Part shown: in pieces, positions 1 through 12,587 of the stretch
Numbering within the stretch: position 1 is the stretch's first letter
How the letters are laid out: every line of letters starts with the position of its first letter
Program-made: the position numbers and the translations under genes
Assembly: GCF_001194135.2 (NCBI RefSeq)
Contig: NC_068984.1
Span: 26,457,241 to 26,521,240 of the forward strand
From: Octopus bimaculoides
Lineage: Eukaryota
DNA: 64,000 nt
Direction of reading: 5' to 3'
The notes under the pieces: model-generated
Told to the model about the DNA's origin: nothing
What the model saw: the letters and a program-made list of their open reading frames with translations, nothing else
Database searches by the model: none

Positions 1-1087
1 TCATTCCTGCGGGAATCATTATGTGGTCAATTCTTCTTTCAGAAAAGAAATGTTTTCATATCTTTTACGCGATAAGTACTGGCCGAATACCAGACGAAAT
101 GACCTCTTTGAGAACTACGTAAAACAAGTGGTATAGTTAAATCAAACCCATTTTCTTATAACAGCGTGTGTGCACCAAGCCTTTTCCGTTTCAAGGACAT
201 GAATGCCCAAAACTCGTTCTGTTTTAGCTTTTTTTTTTTTGCCCTTTGTTGTGAGCGCAAGGACTTTTGTTCCATCAAGACGAATTGCTAAAATACAAGT
301 AACTCTTGCACTTTCGTAACCCGTTGAGGCAATGTAGATTATCGAGGCACTTGTCTGTTCAATTGTCGTTTTAGATCCTTGGCCCATAAATACTGTAGTC
401 TCATCCGTAGCAATTATATTGGTGACATTGTATTTAGAAAAATCGATACCATCAATGAAGGACATGAATGCAAGTGCACGTTGAATCACTTCAGCATCCT
501 CCAGTTTGAACAGTGTTGTCGATCTTCTAAGAGAGAGCTCATATCGCTGAAGGAAGTTATCCAACCAATGAGGCGATGCTTTGAATATCTCTGGGGGTAT
601 ATCCAACTGTGGTGCCATTGCAGGAGCAAATTCTTGAATACCAGCCTTGCGTGCAACCAAAGCCTTTGTTCTTCTGTCAGCAATCCTTCCCGAGGTGATA
701 TCTTCCAGCTCCAAAAATAACGGTTGTCAACCTGGTCCACATTTGCACTTCCCTCATCCACCTGTCTGCTGAGATAATTGTACTCTGCTCACCATTTTCG
801 AACCATTCGGAGATCCATCTTACGGAAAGCCGTAAGATGCTTGTTATGTGACTCTTCCACAATTCATTTCTTGCACTCTACGGAATAATTCTTTGTTTTT
901 GCACTCATCTTGCCCCGGGGGGGGGGGGGAAGAGAGTCTACTCCGTGCATGCGCGCTCAGCGCGGACTTTAGCCAAGCTGTGGTAGTTGATTTATTTTGC
1001 AAGCATCACACGGTCTTGTTAACAAGCTGATGCATTTTTGACTATCCTGAAAAATTATGGTATGGCTTATTTTCGGGGAAACATGTA
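1..1087 (-). mobile_element. pogo/Tigger-family DNA transposon fossil (CENP-B-type HTH + DDE_1 transposase, frameshifted; runs off the window start)
   Basis: ORF 142-714 reads FKASPHWLDNFLQRYELSLRRSTT...IIATDET...STGYESARVTCILAIRLDGTK, typical of pogo transposases. Upstream frame 677-862 gives WISEWFENG. The end at ~1065-1087 (reverse: TACATGTTTCCCCGAAAATAAG) resembles a Tigger TIR. Confidence 0.85.
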
Positions 1088-2329
1088 ACCCACCCACACA
1101 ATTTAAACGTTAAATTAAGGGATAAGCTTGTAGAATCATTAGTGATTTGCACAAAATGCTTAGTGGCATTTCTTCCGGATTTTTACGTTCTGGGTTCAAA
1201 TTTCGTCCTTTTCATCCTTTCAGAATCGGTAAAATAAGTACCAATTGAACACTTAGGTCGATGTAATCCATTCACCCTTCCCTTGAAAGTACTACCGTTG
1301 TGCCAAAATATAAACCCATTAATTTAAAGCTAGTTTAAGAAAAATAACGGAATATGGGGTGACTCAATACTAAGATTAGAGTAAAATTTATTGTAGCATG
1401 AAAGGCATCGTTTCACGAAGGCCGGTGCATTTATCTCACACATAGCTTCTAAGCATCCAATGCTATGTTTCAAGTTCCGCACAGGAGATTTCAGCTTACA
1501 TACATTCATGCGGAATTCGCGCGCGCTTACACACACACACAAAACAGAAATGAGTTTGATAGAAAGAACTCAGAGTGGTCAGTCGACAGACTTTTCCAAT
1601 AGCATGTTAATTTTGGAGAACTTTTGATTTTCGAGATTATCTCTCTTTTGCATTTGGAGTTGTTACCAATTGCCTCCGAGTGATTGATCTACTCTCTCTG
1701 TATGTGGAGATAACTTCAGTATGTCATAACTTTATCTTGTATATCATTCAATTTAATCTTATTCAAGTGTTGTTCAAATACACGCCACTGGCCATTCCGT
1801 ATTACTTCTCTTAGCTCATTTTCGTTTCATTTATGCAAATAACCCAGGCCCCAAATTTGTTCCAGAGCTTTTCTTATGTCTGTCCTTTCTGCTGAAGGTA
1901 AGGTTCGACAGTTGCTTTGCTGATGACAGCTACTGAGGCAGAAATATGTGTTCATAGATTTCTTCATGTCTTCAGAAATCAGACTATTTACTTTAACCGC
2001 ATGACAATTTTGGAGAAATCTTGAGCTTATCTAAACAAGATAATTACCAACCTGCCACCAAGCGATTGGCTATTCTTTCTGGAAGTGAAAATAATTTCAT
2101 TTCAGAGTAGTCTTTAAACTTCTCTGTTATGACCTGAAGAAGTATAAGAGACAGACGGAAGCTTAGAACTGAGTCCCGACAAGCAACCTAAATTCATCTT
2201 AATACATAGTTTACATAGCTTTCAAAAGAGACCACCAAACTACAAAGCATGGTACCCTACCAATAACCTTCTCAATATCGACAAGTGATAAATATATTGG
2301 TTTGTTTATTCCTAAAAATTTCCATGTTT

Positions 2330-3235
2330 CACTTGGAAAAGGTTATCAAAAGTGTCCCATCCGGGCAGAAATGTGGAGAGCGTTTTTTCTAAACTAATTT
2401 TCCTTCAACCTATTTTTCCTATAATTTTTCAGTTACTTTGATAGCTTGTTCAATCAGGCTGCTAACTCTATAGTTACTTCTTTCTACGAACATCTTGGCG
2501 TTTTTGGAGTTACTTGGAGTTCCCTTTCACTCATTTACGTACACATTCTCGCAATGTTTTATAGTAGCATAGCAATGCCTTCTCAATATCAGTGAACCAG
2601 TATCACTACGCATGCACTTTTTACTAACGACATCCAGATTCGCATTGATACATTGCTTTTCGAATAAACGAAAAAGCTAGCAAACATCTTATTTCCCTTG
2701 CTAAGTATACTTGCAATCGGGCTTATTACATAGTATTGTTTCCTGAATCACTCTTTTTCTTCCATGCTTTGATGGCCTGTTTACTAGAGTTTATGACTAT
2801 CAACTGTACCGTTACACTGATACGTCACATTGGTTAGAATCTTATTTCATTGCAGATGTGTCCTGTGCTCCGTTGCAGGTTGTTTCGTAGTAACTCTAAG
2901 ATGCTTAGTTGCTAATGCTATAGGTCTCTATTTCTCCCACCTTGTCGACATAAGCTTTATTTAGTATTATTTTTAACTTACATCTGGCTGAGAGATACTT
3001 TGTACGATCACTTTTCAGATTGTTACGTGTCTCTGGGTTCGCCTGGTCTTCAATCTGATATAGTTAATCACTAATCTGTCAAGTAGGACGTTTTGCATGG
3101 CTGGCGTTAAAAGCCTCGATCCTTGTTCCTTCCGTGTATTATATATAACCTTAGTCACTATGATTACCAAAATGACCATCAGGATGTTCTCAGCATGTCC
3201 ATTAACGTTACATCTATGATATTGATGTCACTTGT
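2330..3235 (-). mobile_element. Degraded RTE-clade LINE fragment (endonuclease end, linker, start of RT)
   Basis: Minus-strand broken frames give NVNGHAE (GDFNGHVG-like), NLDVVSKKCMRSDTGSL and LIEQAIKVTEK, matching RTE ORF motifs as I recall them. Many stops and frameshifts. Confidence 0.6.
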
Positions 3236-3611
3236 CCAAATTGCTTAATACATACATACACACACACACACATATATATTGCATATGCTCTTATAAATGT
3301 AAATGACTACGTCACGATACTTGATGGCATAATGCCTCCGAATCTCTTCTTAGCAAATGGGCTTGCGCCTGGAAAGTTCCTCTCTAAAACACAAGCCATG
3401 TCAATGTTTTTAATGGAAGAATAGCAGTTGCCGATATTGTCCACGACATTGGTGCTGTCTAAAGTAAAGGCAAGGACTGATACAGCTTGCCAACTTTAGT
3501 AATTATCATCTTACACTAAGTAGAAGACTACTTAAAATATCAAATAATCATCTTTCGCCAACGTATAACTGAGAAAGAAATGGCATGCAAGAATTGAAAT
3601 ACGTTGAAATG

Positions 3612-3659
<48 letters not shown>

Positions 3660-4239
3660 ACCAAAAAGCTACAACATCAAACAGGGTAACAGTTTTTCAT
3701 GAATAAGTCGAAAGAATATTTCTACCCATCTGATTACTTTGTAACAAATCAGTTCACTGTCCCATAATTTCCTAGATTTATTCGGTCAAGAGACATTTCT
3801 CACTGCAACTTTCCCGCTAGATCGGTGCAATATTTCCTGCAGAAGATAGGCCTAAAACCCAGACGACTGAAGAAAGTCATCAAGAAGATGAGAATGACAA
3901 ATGACAATAGCTTTAGGTGGCTATGGATGATAAGAGACCGCAAGTGGAACCTTTCTGTAGGTGAAGACTTATCCAGGCCTCACTGCTTCCCCACTCAGGC
4001 GAAGTGTACAGGCTAAGGGGCGAAACGCTTGCGAGCCTGAGATACCTGCTGACGATACGGAAGGGTTTCCAGTATTGCAATAAATTTAGAAGATCTTGCC
4101 AAACCTCTGAGTAGCCCCCGCAGTTTCTGCATAGGACAAAGCATCTCTGATGTTTATTTCATCTGCTTAATATTATTTTTCTAAATTACATTAGTTGATA
4201 AACACATGTCTGCATGCTTGGAGATTTCTTCAAAGATCG

Positions 4240-4435
4240 TAGTCGTGGCCGATGCCAGTGTCGCGTAACTGGCACGTAAAAAGCACGCGTTACACTCTTG
4301 GAGTGGTTGGCGTTAGGAAGGGTATCCAGCCATAGAAATCACACCAAATCAGATTGGAACCTGGTGCAGTTCCCCAGCTTACCAGTTTTCAGTCAAACCG
4401 TCCAACCCATGCCAGCTTGGAATGATGAGTATGAT
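4240..4435 (+). mobile_element. SINE/RTE-derived 3' tail repeat
   Basis: GGAGTGGTTGGCGTTAGGAAGGG...AATCAGATTGGA..CTGGTGCAG...GTCAAACCGTCCAACCCATGCCAGC ending in a TGA-like tail. Same family at 8128, 15180, 59280 and 61960. Confidence 0.75.
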
Positions 4436-4535
4436 ACATATTTTTAATTAGTTTTCCTTGTTTCTGACTTTTCTTTTTAAAGCCATGATAGATACGAAAA
4501 GAATGGAGAAAGAAACAATTGCGTTGTTTTAATCT

Positions 4536-4541
4536 TTTATT
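4536..4541 (-). promoter_or_regulatory. Candidate polyadenylation signal (AATAAA) for Mox
   Basis: TTTATT on + strand, ~325 nt downstream of the Mox stop codon. Weak evidence in AT-rich DNA. Confidence 0.25.
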
Positions 4542-4866
4542 TTATATTGAGAAAATAGGTAAAATGTCTGTAAAAAAGTAAAAGTAAAAAAAAAAAAATC
4601 ATATCCATGGCTCTTGAAAATGCCAAAGTATTTCCCTACCGTGATTCCTTTGGCACATATACCAAGCTTAAGTAACTGCAGCCTTTAACTTACGCACACT
4701 CATACACATTTAGTCATACATAATCTCTACATACAAGGATGTATATATGCACATTCTGCTCTTTTGGGAAATCTGTTGCATTTTTCTTTGCTCGGAAATA
4801 TGCATTTAAATTTTTGTCTCTTTGATTAAACCTTGGTAAGTCTTTGATTTTTTTTTTTTAATAAAA

Positions 4867-4992
4867 TTAACTCGTCGATGTGATCGAAGGCGCCATTATT
4901 GGTTTGATTTGACCATCAACTTTGTCTTTTACTAGTTTTGTTCCTTTCACTCTTTTCCATTTCATTCGACGATTTTGAAACCACACTTTGAC
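4867..4992 (-). CDS. Mox: Mox/Meox homeobox gene, last coding exon (helix 3 + C-terminus): VKVWFQNRRMKWKRVKGTKLVKDKVDGQIKPIMAPSITSTS*
   Basis: Acceptor TTTCTTTCTGTTACAG| then GTC AAA GTG TGG TTT CAA AAT CGT CGA ATG AAA TGG AAA AGA GTG AAA. 126 nt = 41 codons + TAA. Continues exon 2 in phase 0. Confidence 0.96.
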   Translation of the reverse strand, partial: VKVWFQNRRMKWKRVKGTKLVKDKVDGQIKPIMAPSITSTS

Positions 4993-5733
4993 CTGTAACA
5001 GAAAGAAAAAGAAGCAATTTTAGTAAATGCACTAAATTATTTCTTGTTTTAGATAAAATATATAGAAAAATTTGCTATTGAGTTTTCGATCGTTGTCTGT
5101 TGCGCTCTGTGGATACACAACACTGACTGCAAGCGAAGGAAAAACCAAAATGGTTCAATACACGCATTCGCATGTAAAGACGAGCGAAATACATTTTACC
5201 CGACGTGCTAGTGATTCTGCCAGTGTGCCACCTTAAGAGCTGTAAAATATATTAAAATTTACTTCACATAGTTCAACATCACCTGATGTAGAACTCAGTA
5301 TATTGGGTAGAGTGAATAGATATGTTTATTATATCGCAAGTTGACTTTTGTCCTACGCTGGGCTGTTCATAACTGCCAACTAGTTTATCTAAATTTTACA
5401 TATGTGGATATTCTATCTGTCTGTCTATTTAAAATATCCACGTGTAAACTATTGATGCCAACCCGACAGTTTTTTTCCCATTAAATGGTTGATATTAATA
5501 ATCGTTAAATTTACACAACGAATACAAATTTTCTAGCTCATCCACCCAATGATAAAAGTAATGATGTTATTGGCGAGTAGTCTCCATAGGTGCCATCCTT
5601 ATCTTAAATCGTTGATACAAATCTAAATAGGTATTCCATAGGAAATCTCTATTCATGTATTAAATGCTCCTTTAATATCTGAGTAGAAATTCATGTTTCA
5701 TAGCTTGAGCATAAGATTTTTTATTATTTAGCT

Positions 5734-5772
<39 letters not shown>

Positions 5773-5849
5773 NNNNNNNNNNNNNNNNNNNNNNNNNNNN
5801 NNNNNNNNNNNNNNNNNNNNNNNNNNNNNNNNNNNNNNNNNNNNNNNNN

Positions 5850-5890
<41 letters not shown>

Positions 5891-7190
5891 CTGATGACTG
5901 TAAACACAAGTGAAACTCAAGACTAGTAAGAGACTTATTCGACAAAAGTGTGTGTACGTATTTTTTCTGTGTTCCTTTTTGTAAAACACAACTTTACTTG
6001 TTAAATATGCCTTCATTGATCAGCACTTAAAATACAAAATGACGAACATGAAATGAAAGCCATTACAACCATTTTCCGTTGTGCAAGACATTCAAATATT
6101 TAACTTCAAATTTGCCATTTGAGAAATCCAACGATGCTGAAAGAATGTATGGTCTACAATGCTGCAACTGTACGTTGTTGGAATACAACAAAAAAAACTT
6201 TAATTGAAAAGCCGGACCCAAATATTATATGTTCGGGGCTTAGTGAAGCGTAAAACACCTGAAGTGCATTTTCAGAGACTCTTGACGCCTTCATGTTTCT
6301 CGGTTTTAGAATAATTAAGACGATGCTGAGAAATAAGATACGCCATTCTGTAACCGTCTGCTGATTCGGTTCCAGAAGTAGATATATATGAAAATCATGA
6401 GGAAAACATTACTCTTGAACAATCTCAAAACAAATTTCTTTAACCCAGTCTCGGGTGTTTTCTTTTCATTCCTTTTTTCTTTCTGTCATGTTCTTTTCTT
6501 TTTTGCTTTTTTACTGATGGAACTGAAGCAATGTTTTTCGCTGAAAATATGCCCTACATTATTATACAGACTGTAAATATTTATAATATCCAAAATATAA
6601 CATCTTTCGGTTATTTATCAACAGATTGAAGGAGGAGCGGTGTCTGAGTGGTTTAAAGGATGGATTACTGGAAAAGTTGCTTCTTGAAACTTGCTTTCAA
6701 AGAGTGTTCGTGAAAGTAGCAAAGCACTTTACAATACATTCCGTCGTCTATCTCGTTAACTAAATTATTAGTAATCAAATTAATTAGTCGCTTAACCTGT
6801 TAGAAACAACACCCGAATTTACTTGAATTATATCCTACAGTAGTAAGAGAGCAACATAGATAACTCTAAATAAAAGTGATGCTCATGGTTAGAATGCTTC
6901 TGTTATTAGATCAGCCTTAACTGGGCTATCCTGATGTTAGGAAGCAAGAACGACCAGTTAGCTCATTTATACAGAGTAACAAACAGCAAAATATGAGAAA
7001 TATAAAATGCCAGGTAAAGGAAATACGTATGAGGCATTAAACAAACACAACGATGTATTGTAAATTTCAACGAAAAAGTAGGTGAATGAATCGTTTATGC
7101 TATATTAATTATGTAAATGTAGCAAAACACGTGAATTTTGTGTGTTCTATACAATGTAAATATACATAAATACACGCACGCACTCACTCA

Positions 7191-7277
<87 letters not shown>

Positions 7278-8904
7278 ACACACAACATGCGCATGGTACA
7301 TTGTTTCTGCTTCCGTCCTACTGCGCAACATCTCGGGTAAATATCTTCCAAGATGGCCCAGAGTGGAACAATTCCTTATGGGCCAATTTGATACACGAGG
7401 ACTGCGCGGAAAGCCGTCTTGTATGTGTATGTGTGTGTATAGAATGCAATCATACTTGAGTACCAACAACCTTGAAGGATTTAGTCGATCAAAACGCATC
7501 CAGTCCTTATATTTTTAAGGTTAGTACTCATTCGTTTGTTCCGAACGGCTGCGTTATATGTTTACAAACACACGCGTGCGAGCGCAGATGCAAATCCAAT
7601 GCTCAAGAATTCTTTTTTCTTTAAAACACTCACATATATACATATAACTGGAAATACGTTTATAATTCTTTGTGAAACAATTTCTTTTATGCTGTTAAAG
7701 CTGAAGGAAAATCCATGCACATCACACTATTCCATTTCCTCAGGCCTCTATAAGATCATGTTTTATGTCAGAAACCAATATTCTTAGCAATAGTAGTATC
7801 GCTCGTCATCTAGCAGACCGTAGGCTCCCAGCAAGTTAAACTTCTGACACGGCTTATGACCATTTCACTGGAGCTGCTAATTCCTTCAGGAATGGCACAA
7901 ATATCCACATAAACATTCATTTCTCCTAGCTAAATGTGCTGAGACCTTATTAGATGAAATAAACCAATATAAGAGATCCAGTATTCTATCAAAGAGCATA
8001 AGCCTTTGACCTTGCTAATACACAAATAATTTAAGATACTCTACTTGTGTTCTGTACTATTTCATAGTTCCTTTTTAAAACGGCTGAGTGTGGATCGAGT
8101 GATCACGAAGAAAGTTTATCATTGGGCTATCATCATCATCATCGTCATCGTTTAACGCCTGCTTTCCATGCAGGCATGGGTTGGACGGTTTGACTGAGAA
8201 CTGGCAAGCCGGGAGGCTGCACCAGGCTCCAATCTGATTTGGCAAGGTTTCTACAGCTGGATGCCGTTCCTAACGCCAACCACTCCGAGAGTGTAGTGTG
8301 TGCTTTTTACGTGCCACCGACACAGGTATCGGCCACGCTTGAATGGTGCTTTTTATGTCCACCAGCACGGGTGCCAAGCAGGCGGCACTGGCATCGGCCA
8401 CGCTCGAATGGTGCATTTTACATGCCATCGGCACAGATGTCAGTCCGGCGGCACTGTCAACTGCCACGACTATGATTTCACTCAGCCATTTATTTTTTCA
8501 GTAGTAATTTCTTTCGAAATACAGTGAGTGGATATTAATATGCTCAAATAGTCATATAGGGTTATCTATGAGCGTGTGGAAGATACGATTCGTCAGTCAC
8601 CGAAATATGTAACTCATATACAGTGCTCCATCGATTATTGAATTCTTCTAACCACAAGGATTTTTTTTTTTAATTGTGGGCTGAAATTTTTCAATAATGC
8701 TTTTATATTGTTAAGTAGTGTTTGTCGTCACCTAATAAAGATTTTCTAAATAAGCTAAATTGGTAATTTCATTTGTTAAACCCTAAAACAATGTTAATGT
8801 TTTTCTTGAATTCATCGTAGTTGAAACATTTTCTGTTAAACAGGGATCTTACAATACCACCCTGCACCTGTGTATGTATGCGCACGCCAAAGAATTCTTC
8901 TTAC
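4993..8904 (-). other. Mox: Mox intron within the homeobox (3912 nt, GT-AG, phase 0, between HD residues Q44 and V45)
   Basis: Donor CAG|GTAAGA at 8905/8904; acceptor TTACAG|GTC at 4993/4992. Confidence 0.93.
8128..8480 (-). mobile_element. SINE/RTE-tail repeat with internal ~65-bp imperfect tandem units
   Basis: (CAT)n tail, GGCATGGGTTGGACGGTTTGACTGA, CTGCACCAGGCTCCAATCTGATTTGG, then repeated ATCGGCCACGCT.GAATGGTGC units. Confidence 0.75.
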
Positions 8905-9080
8905 CTGTCTTTCTGTTAGACTCAAAGACACTGCAATTTCATAACGTCTTAATCTGGTCAAATAATTTTGTCGTGAAAATTCATTTTCTAATTCGCGTAT
9001 TTGATTTTTCGTAAAGGCTGTCCTCTCTTTTCTAGGTTTCACATTGAAGTTTAATTTGAATGAATCTGATGCTGCATCGT
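8905..9080 (-). CDS. Mox: Mox/Meox homeobox gene, homeobox exon: (x)[58 protein letters not shown]
   Basis: [18 protein letters not shown]...[13 protein letters not shown] is diagnostic of Mox/Meox. Acceptor TTTTTTGTTTCCTTCAG| (phase 1) and donor CAG|GTAAGA. 176 nt. Confidence 0.97.
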
Positions 9081-11539
9081 CTGAAGGAAACAAAAAAGTA
9101 CATAATTTATATTATATTATATATTTTAAAGTGTCAATAATAGATTAACAGACCGAGCAAAGAAAATGGAAATATGAGTAAATATTTAGAAATAATTCTT
9201 CATTTTGAATAAAGACAAATGTTACTCTCTTTGGCAATGACCTTGCATAATGTAAATATATTTTCTGCAAACACTGACACATTTTCCCTCTTTCGTATGA
9301 AAGCAGTAATATTTTTGGTAGAAATATTTGCTATAGTATTTGTTGCTTTATCATACACTCCTTGTACTTTACACGATGAAATACTAGTAATACAAATAGT
9401 GTAAAAATGAGAGCGTTCAAAAGGTTTCTAGGTTGATCCTAATAATAAATCAACAACACCTCCAGCAATTTGAAAAATATAAAAATAAGTGCAGCCATAA
9501 ATATTCGTGGGTCCAATAAACTTATAACTCTTTAATAACATTTCACTTCCCTATCCTTTGTTTACTTGTTTCGGGTTCATTAAAAAGAAGACCGAAAAAA
9601 GTAGCGAAAGTAAAAAACTTTTGAAAACTAAGAGGAAATCAAACGAAAAGAAAAACATCTTAGTGACACTAAAGATATTTCAAGTTTCGAACAGGCTGTT
9701 TTGTGAATTAGGAAACCTTAAAAGTCAAAAGTAAAATAATAATAAATAAAATGAAATGTGGGGCGGGCGATAGAGAGAGTAGGGAGAGGCAGCGGAAAGA
9801 AGACGAGCTGTTTCTATATTTTCGGTATGAATCACCTAAATGTCCCTCAAATCATGTATCCTGAAGCTTGTGTAAATATTTTAACAGACAAACCCACTGC
9901 CTTTAGTAAAAAGATACGATGGTAGGTTCTGTAGCTCAGAAACATCAGACGTTTGCAGGAGTGCTAGAAAAAACACGCGCTCTTTTGTCTGCTTACACCA
10001 CGGGAGAAACCTCCACTCTTGTGTGTTGTACAAACAGGATAATGCGCGTGCGCATTGAGAAATTAGCTCCCTGCAAAAGCAAAAATAAAATGTGGGGAAA
10101 GCAACTTGAAACGGCAATTTTCAAAGTTCTGAAGAATTTATAGTACCTGTAAGCGAAATATATGGCTTTGAATTTTATTACTGACTGTTTTCGATGAGTC
10201 AAGAAATGACATTTATTTTCAAGCTACAACTGACAAGCCTGAATAAAGCTTACTTTACAAAATATTGCCTCGAAACTCTTAAAAAACGAAACAGGAATTC
10301 TTAAATGTTACGGTTTCAATTTCAATATAATCGGAAAAGTAAAGTCGCATTTAATTGTTATGCCTTTTCAGGACCAAGTTGATGGGAGCTGTTCTGTAAC
10401 AATAACAACTCAAGATTGAAATCTATTTATATTTAATATAAATAATAAACATTTAAGACAAGTAAAAGCCAAGTTATATATCACAGTTAATATAAGTATT
10501 TGACACAGTAACTCTCGTACCAATGCTTGAAGACAATATACTATTAATCAAGATGATACGAAACTCAATTTGTACAGCTGCATGATAAAGATGGATGTTG
10601 CTGGTTATATTGAAGGGAACATGCTTATTAAGATCTCATAAAATTCAAAAAAATTTGCAAGACAATCGTCAATATATACCAAACACAAAACACCAAATAA
10701 AACGAAGGCCTTTGGCAAATTAGGCCAACTAACAATGTATTTAATTATACAATCTCTTATTTATTTACTATTCTCCTATTTCGTGCTTTGCTTCCATGCT
10801 GACCAATGATACTTTTCTATTTTTCAATCTTATTTTCAATGTTGGCATCGATCTCATGTGATAATCAATTTCAGTATTTACTCAAATTGATTTTATGATT
10901 GTCGGACCCTTATTAAGATAAATTAGGAATATTTAAACTCTCAGAAGTTCAGCGTTCCAATTACATATGTTCATGATCCAAAAGCTAAAAATTTTCCATT
11001 GTTGTCACATCATTATGTGCATAAATCTTTATTAAAATACAATCTGATAAATTAAATTTTTTTAGTTGTATATTTTATACTCTGACAATCACTATTATGT
11101 TTATGACCGTCAAGCCAATAAGGACGAAATATGGGCTAAGATTGATATTTCCTATCATCAGTTTAGAAGGGTTTGGGGACTAAAATTTTGATTTGGTAGA
11201 ATTACTTTCTTAGTCCTCCCACATTACAAAAACAGAATTTTGATTTTGTTAACAAAAAAAAATAGAAAAAGTACTAGGCGTCACAGTGTGTATTGGGTGA
11301 ATTGTTTAGTAACTTGTGATATCTGAGTATCTAAAAAATGAAATCGCTATCCACTCAGCTTAGGAAATGCAGGAAAAAAAAAGAGAAAAAGAAAAACTCC
11401 ACTAATCTTGTAATGGCTTCTGGAGCAAATAAGAAAATACATTGAATAAAAAATGTTACTGCTAAATTATCACTAATTTCTTCTGTCAAAAATGCATGTG
11501 CTTCAATGTTAATGGAATCTAAAGGTAAAGTAAAACTCT

Positions 11540-11890
11540 CAACTCGACTCCGTCGGTCACTAATGACCATGGGTGCACCTAAAAGATTCCCCTCCGGAGG
11601 ACAAGTCTGGGCGGAAAGTCACCTCATCGACGAATGCACAACCTAGTGTTGTTTTTATGGAAGACCACCAGTTGCCCATGCATACCATCCCCCCCTCTCT
11701 ACGCCATCGATGTTATCCAAGGAAATGGCAAAGGCCGATACAGCTTGGCACCAGTGACGTCGCAACTCATTTCTACAGCTGAGCGAACTGGAGTAATGTG
11801 AGCTAAAGTGTCTTGGTCAAGAACACAACATGCAGCCCGATCCGGGAATCGAACTCGACGCTCTAACCACTGAGCCATGCGCCTTCACAA
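11540..11890 (-). mobile_element. tRNA-derived SINE
   Basis: Reverse strand starts GTGAAGGCGCATGGCTCAGTGGTTAGAGCG...GAGTTCGATTCCCGG (A/B-box-like), followed by the body shared with other SINE copies. Confidence 0.7.
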
Positions 11891-12489
11891 AGGTAAAGTA
11901 TAACTATCTTAATTATCGAATAGTTTGTAAGGATTCCTCAAATGATTGCTTGAAAACCGAGTAAACAGGAAACCAGGGTATTATTTTCTTTGTATACGAA
12001 GTCATAATTGATTCAATGACTCAATTCTGCTCACAACTGTGATATAGGTCAGAGATTATACTTGTCCAAGTGACCAATTCACTCTTGACTAACATTTCAG
12101 TGAGGATTTGAGAGATGCAAAGATGGCGTTGAGTATCGTAGTAGAACTTTAGAATAACGTGGCTGTACATAACGTCTCATTAGCAAAATACGTTACTCAG
12201 GAATTTGCTGCTAATCTTCAGATACAAAATGAAGTTCATATGGAGTTAAATAAGCTGAGGTTTTACTTAACATCTCGCAGCTGGGATTTTAAACATTCAA
12301 TTTCATTTATTTCAGAAAAATATTAGACAAAACAACTGCTCACATTTACGTTAACCAAAAGTACGGAGGTAATCCCAAATGAAAATGCCAGTTTCCTAAA
12401 GTAAAATTAAATTTTCATTTCGTTTTTTTTTCCCAGACATTATTTTTTTTTAAAAAGTAATTGTTAGAATGGGTAAAGGTGATAGAGCC

Positions 12490-12533
<44 letters not shown>

Positions 12534-12543
12534 NNNNNNNNNN

Positions 12544-12586
<43 letters not shown>
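12490..12586. repeat. (TAA)n microsatellite with small N gap
   Basis: Direct reading; explains the poly-Y/poly-I ORF 12415-12666. Confidence 0.95.

Positions 12587-12587
<1 letters not shown>

Noticed and set aside
8310-8480. CRISPR-like repeat-spacer pattern
   Set aside because: Imperfect tandem units inside a eukaryotic retroposon; no constant repeat with unique spacers and no cas genes.
8836-9093. ORF-track protein MFPSDD...[15 protein letters not shown]... as a complete gene
   Set aside because: The start (TTG) and everything after ERQ are intron read-through; the true exon is 9080-8905.
9997-10070. AG...GT-bounded 74-nt cassette on the minus strand as a Mox coding exon
   Set aside because: The only entry phase that exits in phase 1 hits a TAA immediately, and its internal ATG exits in phase 2.
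11780-11890. tRNA genes at SINE heads (also 29012, 51400)
   Set aside because: A/B-box-like motifs are followed by SINE bodies; no complete cloverleaf.
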